Position numbers and translations under genes: made by a program
IMG/VR virus record: IMGVR_UViG_2864522212_000004
Span: 1-64,000 of that record
DNA length: 64,000 nucleotides
Direction: 5' to 3' (one strand)
DNA from: a virus
Taxonomy: Duplodnaviria > Caudoviricetes
Shown: positions 29,156 to 37,629 of the stretch, piece after piece
Layout: each line of letters begins with the position of its first letter
Numbering within the stretch: the stretch's first letter is position 1
The notes under the pieces: generated by a model
The model's input: the letters and a program-made list of their open reading frames with translations, nothing else
Database searches by the model: none
Told to the model about the DNA's origin: nothing

Positions 29156-29638
29156 TTAAATAGGGCGGATTATGAACGTGGCTGCATTTGTTTCCATCGC
29201 ATCCGCCAGCGATATCTTTTTGGCGTTGTAGCCCAATCTCTCGAACTTGTCCGGATCGAAATCTCCCAATTGCTGCACATTGTCCAACGCCAACCAGTAG
29301 TTGGCAGGCGTTCTTCCCCATGGGAATGGTGCCTGATAGTGGGATTTCGGATTCCAGGTTTTTGGATTGTATGCCTCTCCGAAATTGGTCACCGTTCCAA
29401 CGAGTTTGATTGCGCTTTGGGGTGACCAGAGCAGCAAATAATGAAAACCGATTTTGTTTCGCAATGATTTAAAGTTGCCGACGAACAGCAGTCTTCCCTC
29501 GTGCTCGGCGGCATGACGGAGGAATTCCTCGATGGTGGTTTGCGGGCTAAAATAGGAGATTCGCCCTCGTGGGGCGTGGCCTATTCGTAGCATCAAGGTA
29601 AGTCCGTCTATCTTGAGGGGTTCAGTCTGCGATGTCAT
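29156..29638 (-). CDS. Hypothetical protein, paralog of 26796..27326
   Basis: 160 aa; its stop codon is part of the IS target TTTAA. Confidence 0.7.
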   Translation of the reverse strand: MTSQTEPLKIDGLTLMLRIGHAPRGRISYFSPQTTIEEFLRHAAEHEGRLLFVGNFKSLRNKIGFHYLLLWSPQSAIKLVGTVTNFGEAYNPKTWNPKSHYQAPFPWGRTPANYWLALDNVQQLGDFDPDKFERLGYNAKKISLADAMETNAATFIIRPI

Positions 29639-29674
29639 AGAACAATCTTATCACATGCGGATATATTCAGTATG

Positions 29675-29947
29675 TCAGGTAAGTGTCTTCAGCTCGTACA
29701 CAACCAATTCAGGCGCCTCACGAACCCGACCGAAAAGCTCATGACCACGCTTCGACCGCTCGATCGCACGTATCACCACCTCCGGAGCGGAACGGATATC
29801 CAATCGATCTTTCCCGACCCTATCCGCCCACAAATTCTGTATCACCGTCAACTCGACACGATTAACACTGCGAATCTGCAAAGACTGCCGCTCGACCCGA
29901 TGCAATCGTACATATTCAGCGGCCACATCAGCCAACCCGACACCCAA
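29675..29947 (-). CDS. Hypothetical protein
   Basis: 90-aa ORF, TTG start with AAGGA RBS. Confidence 0.45.
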   Translation of the reverse strand: MGVGLADVAAEYVRLHRVERQSLQIRSVNRVELTVIQNLWADRVGKDRLDIRSAPEVVIRAIERSKRGHELFGRVREAPELVVYELKTLT

Positions 29948-30277
29948 CTAATTCTTCCTTTCTCGACGAAACGCATATACCAAAGAGGGGACCATGGACG
30001 CGGCCGCAAAAACAAGCGAAGACACCGCCAAGATGAGCCTCCACATCAAAGGCACCCCAACCGCAAGCCAGGAAACCAACTGCATCCCCAACAACCAGAA
30101 CACCGCGAAAACCAGCATTCCCAGCACGAGCGCCCAGCTCAAACGTCGTTCCTTCCGACGCTTTCTCGCTATTTCGCGCCGCGACGGTTCGACGGTACTG
30201 CCACTGATTCGAGCCGGTTCCAGAATGATCGTCGTAGTCGCCCCGATGGTTTCGCCGGCGCTGTTTTCCTTACTCAC
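29948..30277 (-). CDS. Two-TM membrane protein
   Basis: Basic stretch followed by two hydrophobic helices; start uncertain. Confidence 0.55.
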   Translation of the reverse strand: MSKENSAGETIGATTTIILEPARISGSTVEPSRREIARKRRKERRLSWALVLGMLVFAVFWLLGMQLVSWLAVGVPLMWRLILAVSSLVFAAASMVPSLVYAFRRERKN

Positions 30278-30603
30278 TCGGGCTCCTTTTCTGGATTCTG
30301 GATTCTTTTCTGACGTTCGCATTCATGTCTCAAGGGCGGATACGTGTCGGCTATGGCGTTCAATGTCGCCGTCCGAAGCTCGACATACCTCTCCTGATCC
30401 AAGTCATGGCGCTGCTGGTCGTAATCGGTCAACGCATGCCGGGCATAATTGACCATCCAGCGTTCCAAGACGAATGGATTTGGCTCCTTACCGGCATCCC
30501 TGACCATGTTTCTGCGACGTAGCTCGTAATGGTGGAGCTTTGCCGCGTCTCGCAGGTTACCGTAGGGGATGAGTCGCACGTGTACTGTTAGTTTTTCGCA
30601 CAC
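30274..30603 (-). CDS. Hypothetical protein
   Basis: ERWMVNYARHALTDYD; directly downstream of a conserved motif copy. Confidence 0.6.
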   Translation of the reverse strand: MCEKLTVHVRLIPYGNLRDAAKLHHYELRRRNMVRDAGKEPNPFVLERWMVNYARHALTDYDQQRHDLDQERYVELRTATLNAIADTYPPLRHECERQKRIQNPEKEPE

Positions 30604-30632
30604 TTCAAGGTTGTGCCTTTCTGGTCTGGCGT

Positions 30633-30655
30633 TATGTGGACATATTCAGTTTAAC
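30633..30655 (-). promoter_or_regulatory. Conserved motif copy
   Basis: Minus strand GTTAAACTGAATATGTCCACATA. Confidence 0.75.
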
Positions 30656-30697
30656 AAGCAAAATATCAGGAAAGAATAGAATCCAGTATGCCCGGGA

Positions 30698-31288
30698 TTA
30701 GGCTCCGAGGAAATACTCCTTGCACATAATCTGGTACAAGGCTTGCTCTTGCGTCGCGTCGGAGAGAGCTCGATGCTGTTCCACGTCTGCCACGTGATAG
30801 CGTTTGATCAGATCCGCGACCCTGTGGTGGCGAATTTCCGGATGGATGTCACGGCTCATTTCCAAGGTATCCAGGAATGGGTGGTCGAACAGGGGACGAT
30901 TCGGCCAGGTTTCCGCCGTGGCCCAGTCGAGGAATTTCAAATCGAACGTCGCGTTGTGTGCGAGGAAGGGCGTTTCGAATCCCAGCCACCGTTCGAACTC
31001 TTTCATCGCATGCTTGACAGTCGGTTTGCCGCTCACGTCGTAAGTGGTGATTCCCGTCAATTGCGTGATGTGTGGCGGGACAATCATTTGCGGGTTGATG
31101 AGTTGGCTGTAGGTGTCGACGATTCGTCCGTTCTTGACTTTCACGGCGCCGATTTCGATGAGTTTCGCGCCATCTTCCGGGTTGAGGCCGGTGGTTTCGG
31201 TGTCTACCACGACGTAGTCAAGCAATGGCGCCTCCAGCGGCGGGATGCGTCGTGGATCGTCGCTTCGGTATTTGTCCCAGTAGCTCAT
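30698..31288 (-). CDS. DEDDh 3'-5' exonuclease (DnaQ/PolC-exo-like)
   Basis: VVVDTETTG, AHNATFD, HRALSDA. Confidence 0.92.
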   Translation of the reverse strand: MSYWDKYRSDDPRRIPPLEAPLLDYVVVDTETTGLNPEDGAKLIEIGAVKVKNGRIVDTYSQLINPQMIVPPHITQLTGITTYDVSGKPTVKHAMKEFERWLGFETPFLAHNATFDLKFLDWATAETWPNRPLFDHPFLDTLEMSRDIHPEIRHHRVADLIKRYHVADVEQHRALSDATQEQALYQIMCKEYFLGA

Positions 31289-31313
31289 TGGGTGTTCCTG
31301 TGTTCTCTAAGAT

Positions 31314-31336
31314 TATGTGGACATATTCAGTATAGC
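31314..31336 (-). promoter_or_regulatory. Conserved motif copy
   Basis: Minus strand GCTATACTGAATATGTCCACATA upstream of the exonuclease. Confidence 0.8.
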
Positions 31337-31349
31337 AGACAAATCGATG

Positions 31350-31550
31350 TCAGGCAGGAACCTTCCGACCGCGACCGTCGCCAAACAGCGTGAAAAGCAG
31401 ACTCGCACGATTCGGACCAACCTGCTTGTCGGACAACACGCATTCCATGCAAACCGGACCATACACACTCGGCACCAAACCCATCGTGCTTCCGCAAAGA
31501 AAGCATCCAGCGGGCTTGGTCAACACATCATCATTCAGCTCGACAATCAA
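31350..31550 (-). CDS. Small zinc-finger protein
   Basis: CFLC...CMEC. Confidence 0.5.
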   Translation of the reverse strand: MIVELNDDVLTKPAGCFLCGSTMGLVPSVYGPVCMECVLSDKQVGPNRASLLFTLFGDGRGRKVPA

Positions 31551-31573
31551 TTGTCCTGCCTTTCAACGATTCC

Positions 31574-31858
31574 TTAATCCTTTTCTTCTTCGTCCGCAGC
31601 CTTCTCACTCAACTGCCGTACGGACGGAGGGCGCTTGTCCCGGATGGAATCAGGGGAATGAGAGCGGACGGCGCGCAACATCGCGGAGGCCATCTGCCGA
31701 TACTCGCACCTCAGCCAGACGAGAGTCTGCTGCCAGCAGCGGCCGACAGTCGCACTGTCCTCGACGAGATTCCACAGGCGCATTTGCTGGGCACGTAGCG
31801 CCATAGCCGCGGTCTCCACTTGCGTGTCCTCGGGCTGCCAGTCTTTTCGGTTAGGCAT
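31574..31858 (-). CDS. Hypothetical protein
   Basis: MPNRKDW...; coupled to the upstream gene. Confidence 0.5.
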   Translation of the reverse strand: MPNRKDWQPEDTQVETAAMALRAQQMRLWNLVEDSATVGRCWQQTLVWLRCEYRQMASAMLRAVRSHSPDSIRDKRPPSVRQLSEKAADEEEKD

Positions 31859-32636
31859 CAGCCGTAATCCCGTCTCCGAAACCATGCAGGGCATGTATCA
31901 GATTCTTGACGGAAAATGATTCCGCCTCGCGGTTGACGATTCGACGATTCAATCCGAGAACTACGTCTTCGACCTGTCTGCGGACATAAGGCTCCAACGG
32001 GGGGAGAGGGGGCGTTTTGCGGGTATCTGCAAGAAGGCCATAGTCTCTTTCCAGATCGGCAAGATTCATTCCATGCAATCGGATGCGACGGAGCAACGTG
32101 ATCTCATCCGCATCCAGCAGACACGGCCAAGCTTCCGTTCCTGACTGGATATGACGTACTCCGTTCAGCAATCGTGCGGTCTCGGCCATGGATTTATTGC
32201 GTTTCGCGCTCTTCATGCCCGGCCAGTGTCGCAAAACGGACAGGTTCCCGCGAGCATCATCCAAAGCCGTCTTGACGACATTGCTGGTGGTCAACCGATG
32301 GGCGAAAGGCTCGATGGCGCGAATGAAGCCGGCGTCCAGCAGAAAGCATTCGGTCGGCAATGTCAACGATTCCAATAGGCTACGATGGCCGTCGAGCAGT
32401 CCGTCGATATAAGAAAGAGGTGTGAGGATTCTGATATCGAGGTCACGCATGTTCTGAGTCGTTCGAGCTTCGCCGAGCAGTATCTCCCAAGGCTGCGGCA
32501 TCGTGATGACGCAAAGCGAGGGCTTGTTGTCCTTCGCCGCTAAACCATGCGCGTAGTCTCCTTCTATCCATGCGGAAATGATGCGTTGCTGGGGGAATTG
32601 CTCCAGTGCTTTTTCGATGCTGTCGATGTTGTTCAC
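31851..32636 (-). CDS. Degenerate Pol-beta-superfamily nucleotidyltransferase-like protein
   Basis: IISAWIEGDYAHGLA resembles GS.AYGL but the DxD is missing; GTG start overlaps the upstream stop. Confidence 0.5.
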   Translation of the reverse strand: MNNIDSIEKALEQFPQQRIISAWIEGDYAHGLAAKDNKPSLCVITMPQPWEILLGEARTTQNMRDLDIRILTPLSYIDGLLDGHRSLLESLTLPTECFLLDAGFIRAIEPFAHRLTTSNVVKTALDDARGNLSVLRHWPGMKSAKRNKSMAETARLLNGVRHIQSGTEAWPCLLDADEITLLRRIRLHGMNLADLERDYGLLADTRKTPPLPPLEPYVRRQVEDVVLGLNRRIVNREAESFSVKNLIHALHGFGDGITADA

Positions 32637-33118
32637 GCCGTCAGTTCCATTCGCTTGGCAATTTCGTTGCGCCATGTCTGCACCAGCAGTCGGATATGCC
32701 ATCCCGTACCGAGGTCGGCATTTTCCAAGTCGAATGGATCCCAATTTTTCGCAACGATACGAATGTCCCCTGATGTGCAATCATAGGAGTAGTCGATGGA
32801 TGTGGTTCCGAGCTGAATTTTCGTTGTGCAGTAGGTTTCCGGGTTATCCACGAAGACTTGGACGACACTCCCGGGCAGTTTTGTGTCTGCCTTGTTTTGG
32901 ACGATTCCGGTGTTGTTTGGGTTTGGGATTTTATATGTGGCTTCGTGGACGATGGAGATCAGTGCGGAGAGGAACCTCTGTTTTAGGGAGAGGTTGTCGC
33001 AGTAGGCGCACTTGGTGATGGGCTTGCCGGATCTTTCGAGTCGCAGGCTTCCGCATTTTTCACACTCGTATAGGGTGTAGGTCTTTCGTGCGTCTGTGAC
33101 GTCTTGTATGGGTTGCAT
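32633..33118 (-). CDS. Zinc-ribbon protein
   Basis: CEKCG...CAYC; first gene after a motif copy. Confidence 0.65.
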   Translation of the reverse strand: MQPIQDVTDARKTYTLYECEKCGSLRLERSGKPITKCAYCDNLSLKQRFLSALISIVHEATYKIPNPNNTGIVQNKADTKLPGSVVQVFVDNPETYCTTKIQLGTTSIDYSYDCTSGDIRIVAKNWDPFDLENADLGTGWHIRLLVQTWRNEIAKRMELTA

Positions 33119-33147
33119 TTTCCTTTGGTTTTCTCTTTCAATCTTTT

Positions 33148-33213
33148 TATGTGGACATATTCAGTATAACATGTAAAATACAATATGGTTGTTATACTGA
33201 AGAAGTCCACATA
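33148..33213. promoter_or_regulatory. Back-to-back divergent pair of conserved motif copies
   Basis: 33148-33170 (minus, perfect) and 33191-33213 (plus, GTTATACTGAAGAAGTCCACATA). Confidence 0.82.
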
Positions 33214-33228
33214 AAAAGAGGAGGAGCG

Positions 33229-33672
33229 TTGACCAATCCGAAGAAAAACGGAGACCTGATGCTGCGGGTCCGGTATGACAGCGGAGCCGAACTCGCGGGT
33301 CCGGCTGTCATCACCGACGAGGGAGCCTTGCTTGTTTCGTTGGGCGGCGCCGCTTCCATGCTTGTGCAACGCGCGGATGGTAGTCTGCCGCCGCACATCA
33401 CCTTCGTGGATATACGGCCTAGTCATGTGGGATACGGGCTGCCGCTGACCGACGACATGGCGTACATGGCGGTGACCGCCATGCTGCGTGATGCGGTGGG
33501 CCTGCCGTTGAACGAGGCCGCTGACCGGTACGAATCCTGGCTGAACCGGGTGAGTCGGGCCGCGATCGAGAAGTGGGTGGACTCCCTGTCCATGCGCGAA
33601 TCGACCCAATTGCATGTGAAATACCTGGGCCGTGACGGTGCGGGCCATCCGAAGGAAGAGGAGGACGCATGA
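33229..33672 (+). CDS. Hypothetical protein, paralog of 36938..37405
   Basis: TTG start with GGAGGAG RBS; shares LPLTDDM...KEEEDA. Confidence 0.65.
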   Translation: MTNPKKNGDLMLRVRYDSGAELAGPAVITDEGALLVSLGGAASMLVQRADGSLPPHITFVDIRPSHVGYGLPLTDDMAYMAVTAMLRDAVGLPLNEAADRYESWLNRVSRAAIEKWVDSLSMRESTQLHVKYLGRDGAGHPKEEEDA

Positions 33673-33745
33673 CGCTGATCGAGCATGAGGCGCGCGAATA
33701 CTCCGATATGCGGTACATCATGCGCAAAGCCGAAATGAGCATCAA

Positions 33746-34105
33746 ATGAGCGTAAGAGTGGAAACAACCTACTTGGCGACATGCGACTACCCGGACTGTC
33801 ACATGACTTACGACTTCTGGGAGTTAACCGAGGAAGACGCAATCCTTGAAGTTATAGACAATGGAGAATGGCTATGCCTGTTCGCCGGTGACAATAAGCC
33901 GAGATTCTTCTGTCCCGCGCACTTGCGATACGTGCAAAACTCGCGGAATGTCTGGTCGAACGTATTTTACGATTCCAACAGTCCATACACGCAAACGACC
34001 TCGCACGCCTTGAACAGGTTCTACGAGGATATGAGCACACCGCAACCACTGCCAAAACTGCAATGCGATGACACCATACTCGCCGTTCTGCAAAACGAAA
34101 ACTAG
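33746..34105 (+). CDS. Phage-like CDxxxC...CPAH zinc-binding protein
   Basis: CDYPDC, FCPAH; related to 34592..34909. Confidence 0.6.
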   Translation: MSVRVETTYLATCDYPDCHMTYDFWELTEEDAILEVIDNGEWLCLFAGDNKPRFFCPAHLRYVQNSRNVWSNVFYDSNSPYTQTTSHALNRFYEDMSTPQPLPKLQCDDTILAVLQNEN

Positions 34106-34115
34106 GAGTGAAACC

Positions 34116-34304
34116 ATGACTACGAACGTGATTGATGCAATCCGCGAGAAAGAAGCTGATGCGCACGCAGAGCGGGAAGAGGCGTTTGCAGAGAGGAATC
34201 GGTTAAACCAAGCGTTTTTTGACGGGAAGCTTATCGCATACGCGGAAGTACTCAGGCTGCTCGGGGAAGACTTGGAGGAAAACGATGGCTACGAACGTAA
34301 CTGA
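34116..34304 (+). CDS. Small hypothetical protein
   Basis: AGGAG RBS, coupled to neighbours. Confidence 0.55.
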   Translation: MTTNVIDAIREKEADAHAEREEAFAERNRLNQAFFDGKLIAYAEVLRLLGEDLEENDGYERN

Positions 34305-34617
34305 AAAAGACAAGACCCTGAACGACGTAATCGAATGGTGCGGGGAACAGGTGTCCGGAATCGAAAAAAAGATTCCCACGGCGTCGGACGCGGATTTCCT
34401 CAACGGCGAACGATGCGCACTGCTGGCCGTCGCGGCGTATTGCGGAATAGGCGTCTGTACGGGCATGCACCCGGAATGCGTGCACTGCACGGTCCGCCAG
34501 TTGGAGCAGGCGCAGGCCGAAGGCCCGGCAACTCCCGACGTCTCGCCGAGCGACGCATACCGTCGGACGCACGCAAAGGGACGGAGGCTCGATGGCAAGA
34601 ATCAAAGAAACGTTTGA
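34285..34617 (+). CDS. Hypothetical protein
   Basis: GGAGG RBS, MATNVTEK. Confidence 0.5.
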   Translation: MATNVTEKDKTLNDVIEWCGEQVSGIEKKIPTASDADFLNGERCALLAVAAYCGIGVCTGMHPECVHCTVRQLEQAQAEGPATPDVSPSDAYRRTHAKGRRLDGKNQRNV

Positions 34618-34909
34618 CAGCCGCGCTTGGTTCATGCTCGAATGCGATGACCACAACTGCGAACAACGGTTCGACGACAGCCAATGGTATGCGTACGAGG
34701 ACGATCTGCTGGCCGACGCGAAGGACGACGGCTGGCAGATCCTGTACAAGGACGAGCATCCCGAATTGGAACGCGACATGCACTACTGCCCGGCGCACCG
34801 GCTGCCCGAATGCGCGACATGCACGAACAACATGATCGATTCGACCGGCTGGAAGAACGGACAATGTCCCGAATGCATCAAGGAGGAGATCCCGATTGAA
34901 CGGTCATGA
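34592..34909 (+). CDS. Phage-like zinc-binding protein
   Basis: CDDHNC, HYCPAH, CATC, CPEC. Confidence 0.65.
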   Translation: MARIKETFDSRAWFMLECDDHNCEQRFDDSQWYAYEDDLLADAKDDGWQILYKDEHPELERDMHYCPAHRLPECATCTNNMIDSTGWKNGQCPECIKEEIPIERS

Positions 34910-35756
34910 TTTCACGCGCGAACAGAACATGGAGGCTCGTATCAGATTGGCTGCGGCGCGCCGCGAACTGGCGGATGCGGTCAACGATGCCACGACCGGC
35001 ATCGGCTGTCTGACCTGCGACGACCCGCAGACCATGAATCATATCCGCGCATGCTGGAAACGAATCTACGACCGGTATCTCGAAACGGACAGTCTGATCG
35101 CCGACCTGGCCGCCTGTGCGCGAAACATCACGGACGGCGGCGAATGGAAGCCGAGTGAACTCGCAACGGAATCGAAGCCCATAGACATGGCCGAAGGATG
35201 CGCCTGCTTCACCGCGGAGACCCCGGACCGGGTCCTCATCACCCCGTCGGAGCCGACGCCGGGCGAGAACACGGCGAAACGTCTCGCGAACACGCTGAAC
35301 GCCCTGACGGGGGATGTTCTCCTGGATGCGACCGGCATCCGCCTGCTCGGCACCCGATTCCTGTTCGCCTACCATGGCCGGCTCGACAGGCCCGTCGATT
35401 ATGGCGTGAACCTGACCAGCATGAGGTTCCCCGACCGGCTCGGCCTGCTCGACCGGGCGGACCGGCATCCGGGGTTCCTCCCGTTGCGCCCCGTCGTCGC
35501 CAACGGGACCGGCGCATTGGAACGGTCGGGACGCGAACTGTGGGCGATCACCGCGCGTACGCTCGGCCGGCTGCCGCACGGACGGTTCTTCGTGGATCTG
35601 ACCATGTTCGCGGACCATCCGAAGATACTCGAACGGTTCGCCGTCCGTTACGGGAAATACCTGAAAGACAACCGGACCGCCCTGGACGCGGCCATCATCG
35701 ACCCGACCGGCCTCGTCGCCCGCCACGTCGCCACCATCAAACCGAAATGGGATTAA
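34896..35756 (+). CDS. Hypothetical protein
   Basis: 286-aa ORF, AGGAGGAG RBS. Confidence 0.6.
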   Translation: MNGHDFTREQNMEARIRLAAARRELADAVNDATTGIGCLTCDDPQTMNHIRACWKRIYDRYLETDSLIADLAACARNITDGGEWKPSELATESKPIDMAEGCACFTAETPDRVLITPSEPTPGENTAKRLANTLNALTGDVLLDATGIRLLGTRFLFAYHGRLDRPVDYGVNLTSMRFPDRLGLLDRADRHPGFLPLRPVVANGTGALERSGRELWAITARTLGRLPHGRFFVDLTMFADHPKILERFAVRYGKYLKDNRTALDAAIIDPTGLVARHVATIKPKWD

Positions 35757-35957
35757 GCAATGGGCTATGTTCGAATCATGTGGGTCGGAGCCAATCTTCT
35801 CGCACTCATTCCTCTGGCGCCGCTGCTCAGATCGAAAGACCTGAGGTTAGGACGATTGCATGCGGCCATCGCGTTCACAATCATGTTCTCGGAGCTGGTT
35901 TCGTGGCTGTTGTTCCTCGGCCTATCCGTTTTGGAAGGATTTTTCTGATGGACTTAT

Positions 35958-36005
35958 CGAATCGCGCCGTAAGACCACAGGCTTCAGTCGTGGGGAGGAA
36001 GTCAA
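35958..36005 (+). mobile_element. ~48-bp IS200/IS605 mini-element or solo end
   Basis: AAGA-CCACAGGCTTCAGTCGTGG-GGAGGAAGTCAA, preceded by TTAT; left boundary tentative. Confidence 0.6.
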
Positions 36006-36139
36006 TTGCCTGAATCGGGGATCGTCGGACCGGCCGAACCTTGCGACGGCCGCGACGGGGAATGGCCGGTGGAATGGGACGGCGGGCACGGTCTGCTCGT
36101 CGTCCGCAGGTTGAAGGCCGAACTCAAGGAGATTCGCTG

Positions 36140-36256
36140 ATGCACAGAGGATTCTGCACGGATTGCGGCGCGTACGCGGCCTTGGGCGAAAACGACAGAT
36201 GCGCCGCCTGCGACGCATGGCGTCACAGGGAGGAGGAAAGGCAGGATCATGTCTGA
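36140..36256 (+). CDS. Tiny zinc-finger protein
   Basis: CTDC...CAAC, AAGGAG RBS. Confidence 0.45.
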   Translation: MHRGFCTDCGAYAALGENDRCAACDAWRHREEERQDHV

Positions 36257-36941
36257 ATGGTGGGACCGTTACCTGTTCGACGATCTGATTGGGTTGGAGG
36301 CCGCGGCCGTGGCCTCGGACGGCAGCCGGCATATCGGCCCGTTCGTCCGTTTTGGGGATTATCTGACGGTAGACGATACATGCGTCTTCACACGGAAGGA
36401 CAAGGGCGATGGCGTGCGGCTCATGGAAGAAGTCGACCATGTGCGTCTGCGTCCCGAGGAGCCGTTCTGGCAGGGTCGTTTTCTGGACGAGCTGGAAGGA
36501 GTCCGGGTGCGCGTCGAATTCGGGGGACGGCGTGGGGCGTTCGAGGGGCCGCTGGAACCGTTTGACGGCGTATTGGGCCTCCGGGCCGGCGGCCGTGGCA
36601 TGGAATACGTGTTCGGCGATTCCGGCTACCGGTTCGCCCAACCGGGCTTCGTCAGGGTCAGACCTGTGGAAGACCAGCCGGACGAACCGGTGCCGGCCAT
36701 CAACGCCTCCCGTCTCATCGAATCCCGGACCCTGCTGCGCGTGGCCCGCCGTCAGCTCGCCGAAACGGAGAATCTACTAACCCAATCATTTTCTCGGCTA
36801 CCGCGTTTCAGCAAAGAGGATGCCAGCCGAATGGAAGCCCGCCGGCATGATATCGAAAACAAGATGTTTGAGCTGCGCGAACTGATTGGCGAACAATCGT
36901 ACGATCTGAACTCAATCGAATCGAAAGGACAAACAAGATGA
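36249..36941 (+). CDS. Hypothetical protein with C-terminal coiled coil
   Basis: 230-aa ORF with RBS. Confidence 0.6.
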   Translation: MSEWWDRYLFDDLIGLEAAAVASDGSRHIGPFVRFGDYLTVDDTCVFTRKDKGDGVRLMEEVDHVRLRPEEPFWQGRFLDELEGVRVRVEFGGRRGAFEGPLEPFDGVLGLRAGGRGMEYVFGDSGYRFAQPGFVRVRPVEDQPDEPVPAINASRLIESRTLLRVARRQLAETENLLTQSFSRLPRFSKEDASRMEARRHDIENKMFELRELIGEQSYDLNSIESKGQTR

Positions 36942-37405
36942 ACGATGGAAAAAGGCAAGTCATGGGCGAGTCGAAACCAGACGAGAATCCTATTGCCACC
37001 ATCCATTACGAGAACGGCACGGAGCTGACCGGAAAGGCCGTCACCCTACAAGATGGAACAGTTGGAGTCAGGATTCCCGGCGAATTCTTCAAGACGGCGC
37101 TCCTGCCTGACGGTTCGATGCCTGATGGCGTCAAATCGGTGGATATCGGCCCCAAGCATGTGGAGGGCGGTCTCCCGCTGACCGACGACATGGTCTGCAT
37201 GGCGGTCACGGCCATGCTGCGCGACGCGGTCGGATTGACGTCGGGCGAGGCATCGGATGCGTATGAGACATGGCTGAACCGGGCGAAAAGGGCCACAATC
37301 GAGCATTGGGTGGACTCCCTGCCCATACGCGAATCCACGCGACTGCATTGCAAGTATCTCGACCGTGACGGAGCCGACTATCCGAAGGAAGAGGGGGACG
37401 CATGA
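36938..37405 (+). CDS. Hypothetical protein, paralog of 33229..33672
   Basis: Shared C-terminal ~80 aa. Confidence 0.65.
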   Translation: MNDGKRQVMGESKPDENPIATIHYENGTELTGKAVTLQDGTVGVRIPGEFFKTALLPDGSMPDGVKSVDIGPKHVEGGLPLTDDMVCMAVTAMLRDAVGLTSGEASDAYETWLNRAKRATIEHWVDSLPIRESTRLHCKYLDRDGADYPKEEGDA

Positions 37406-37629
37406 TGTTGATCGAGCATGAGGCGCGAGTCGGACTGCCGCGCATGTGGGAGCATCCCAGACGCACCCGCACCCGGCGCGGCGGCGTCGTGGCGAGCATG
37501 GTCGGCGGATATACGGCGATACTGCTCGTCCGCCAGCCGAACGGCGTGGAGAACAGTATTCGCAGGCAATGCTCGACCCTGAACGAGGCCGAAAAATGGC
37601 TGGACGAACAGATGGGAGAGGACGAATGA
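37402..37629 (+). CDS. Small hypothetical protein
   Basis: ATGA coupling on both sides. Confidence 0.55.
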   Translation: MMLIEHEARVGLPRMWEHPRRTRTRRGGVVASMVGGYTAILLVRQPNGVENSIRRQCSTLNEAEKWLDEQMGEDE

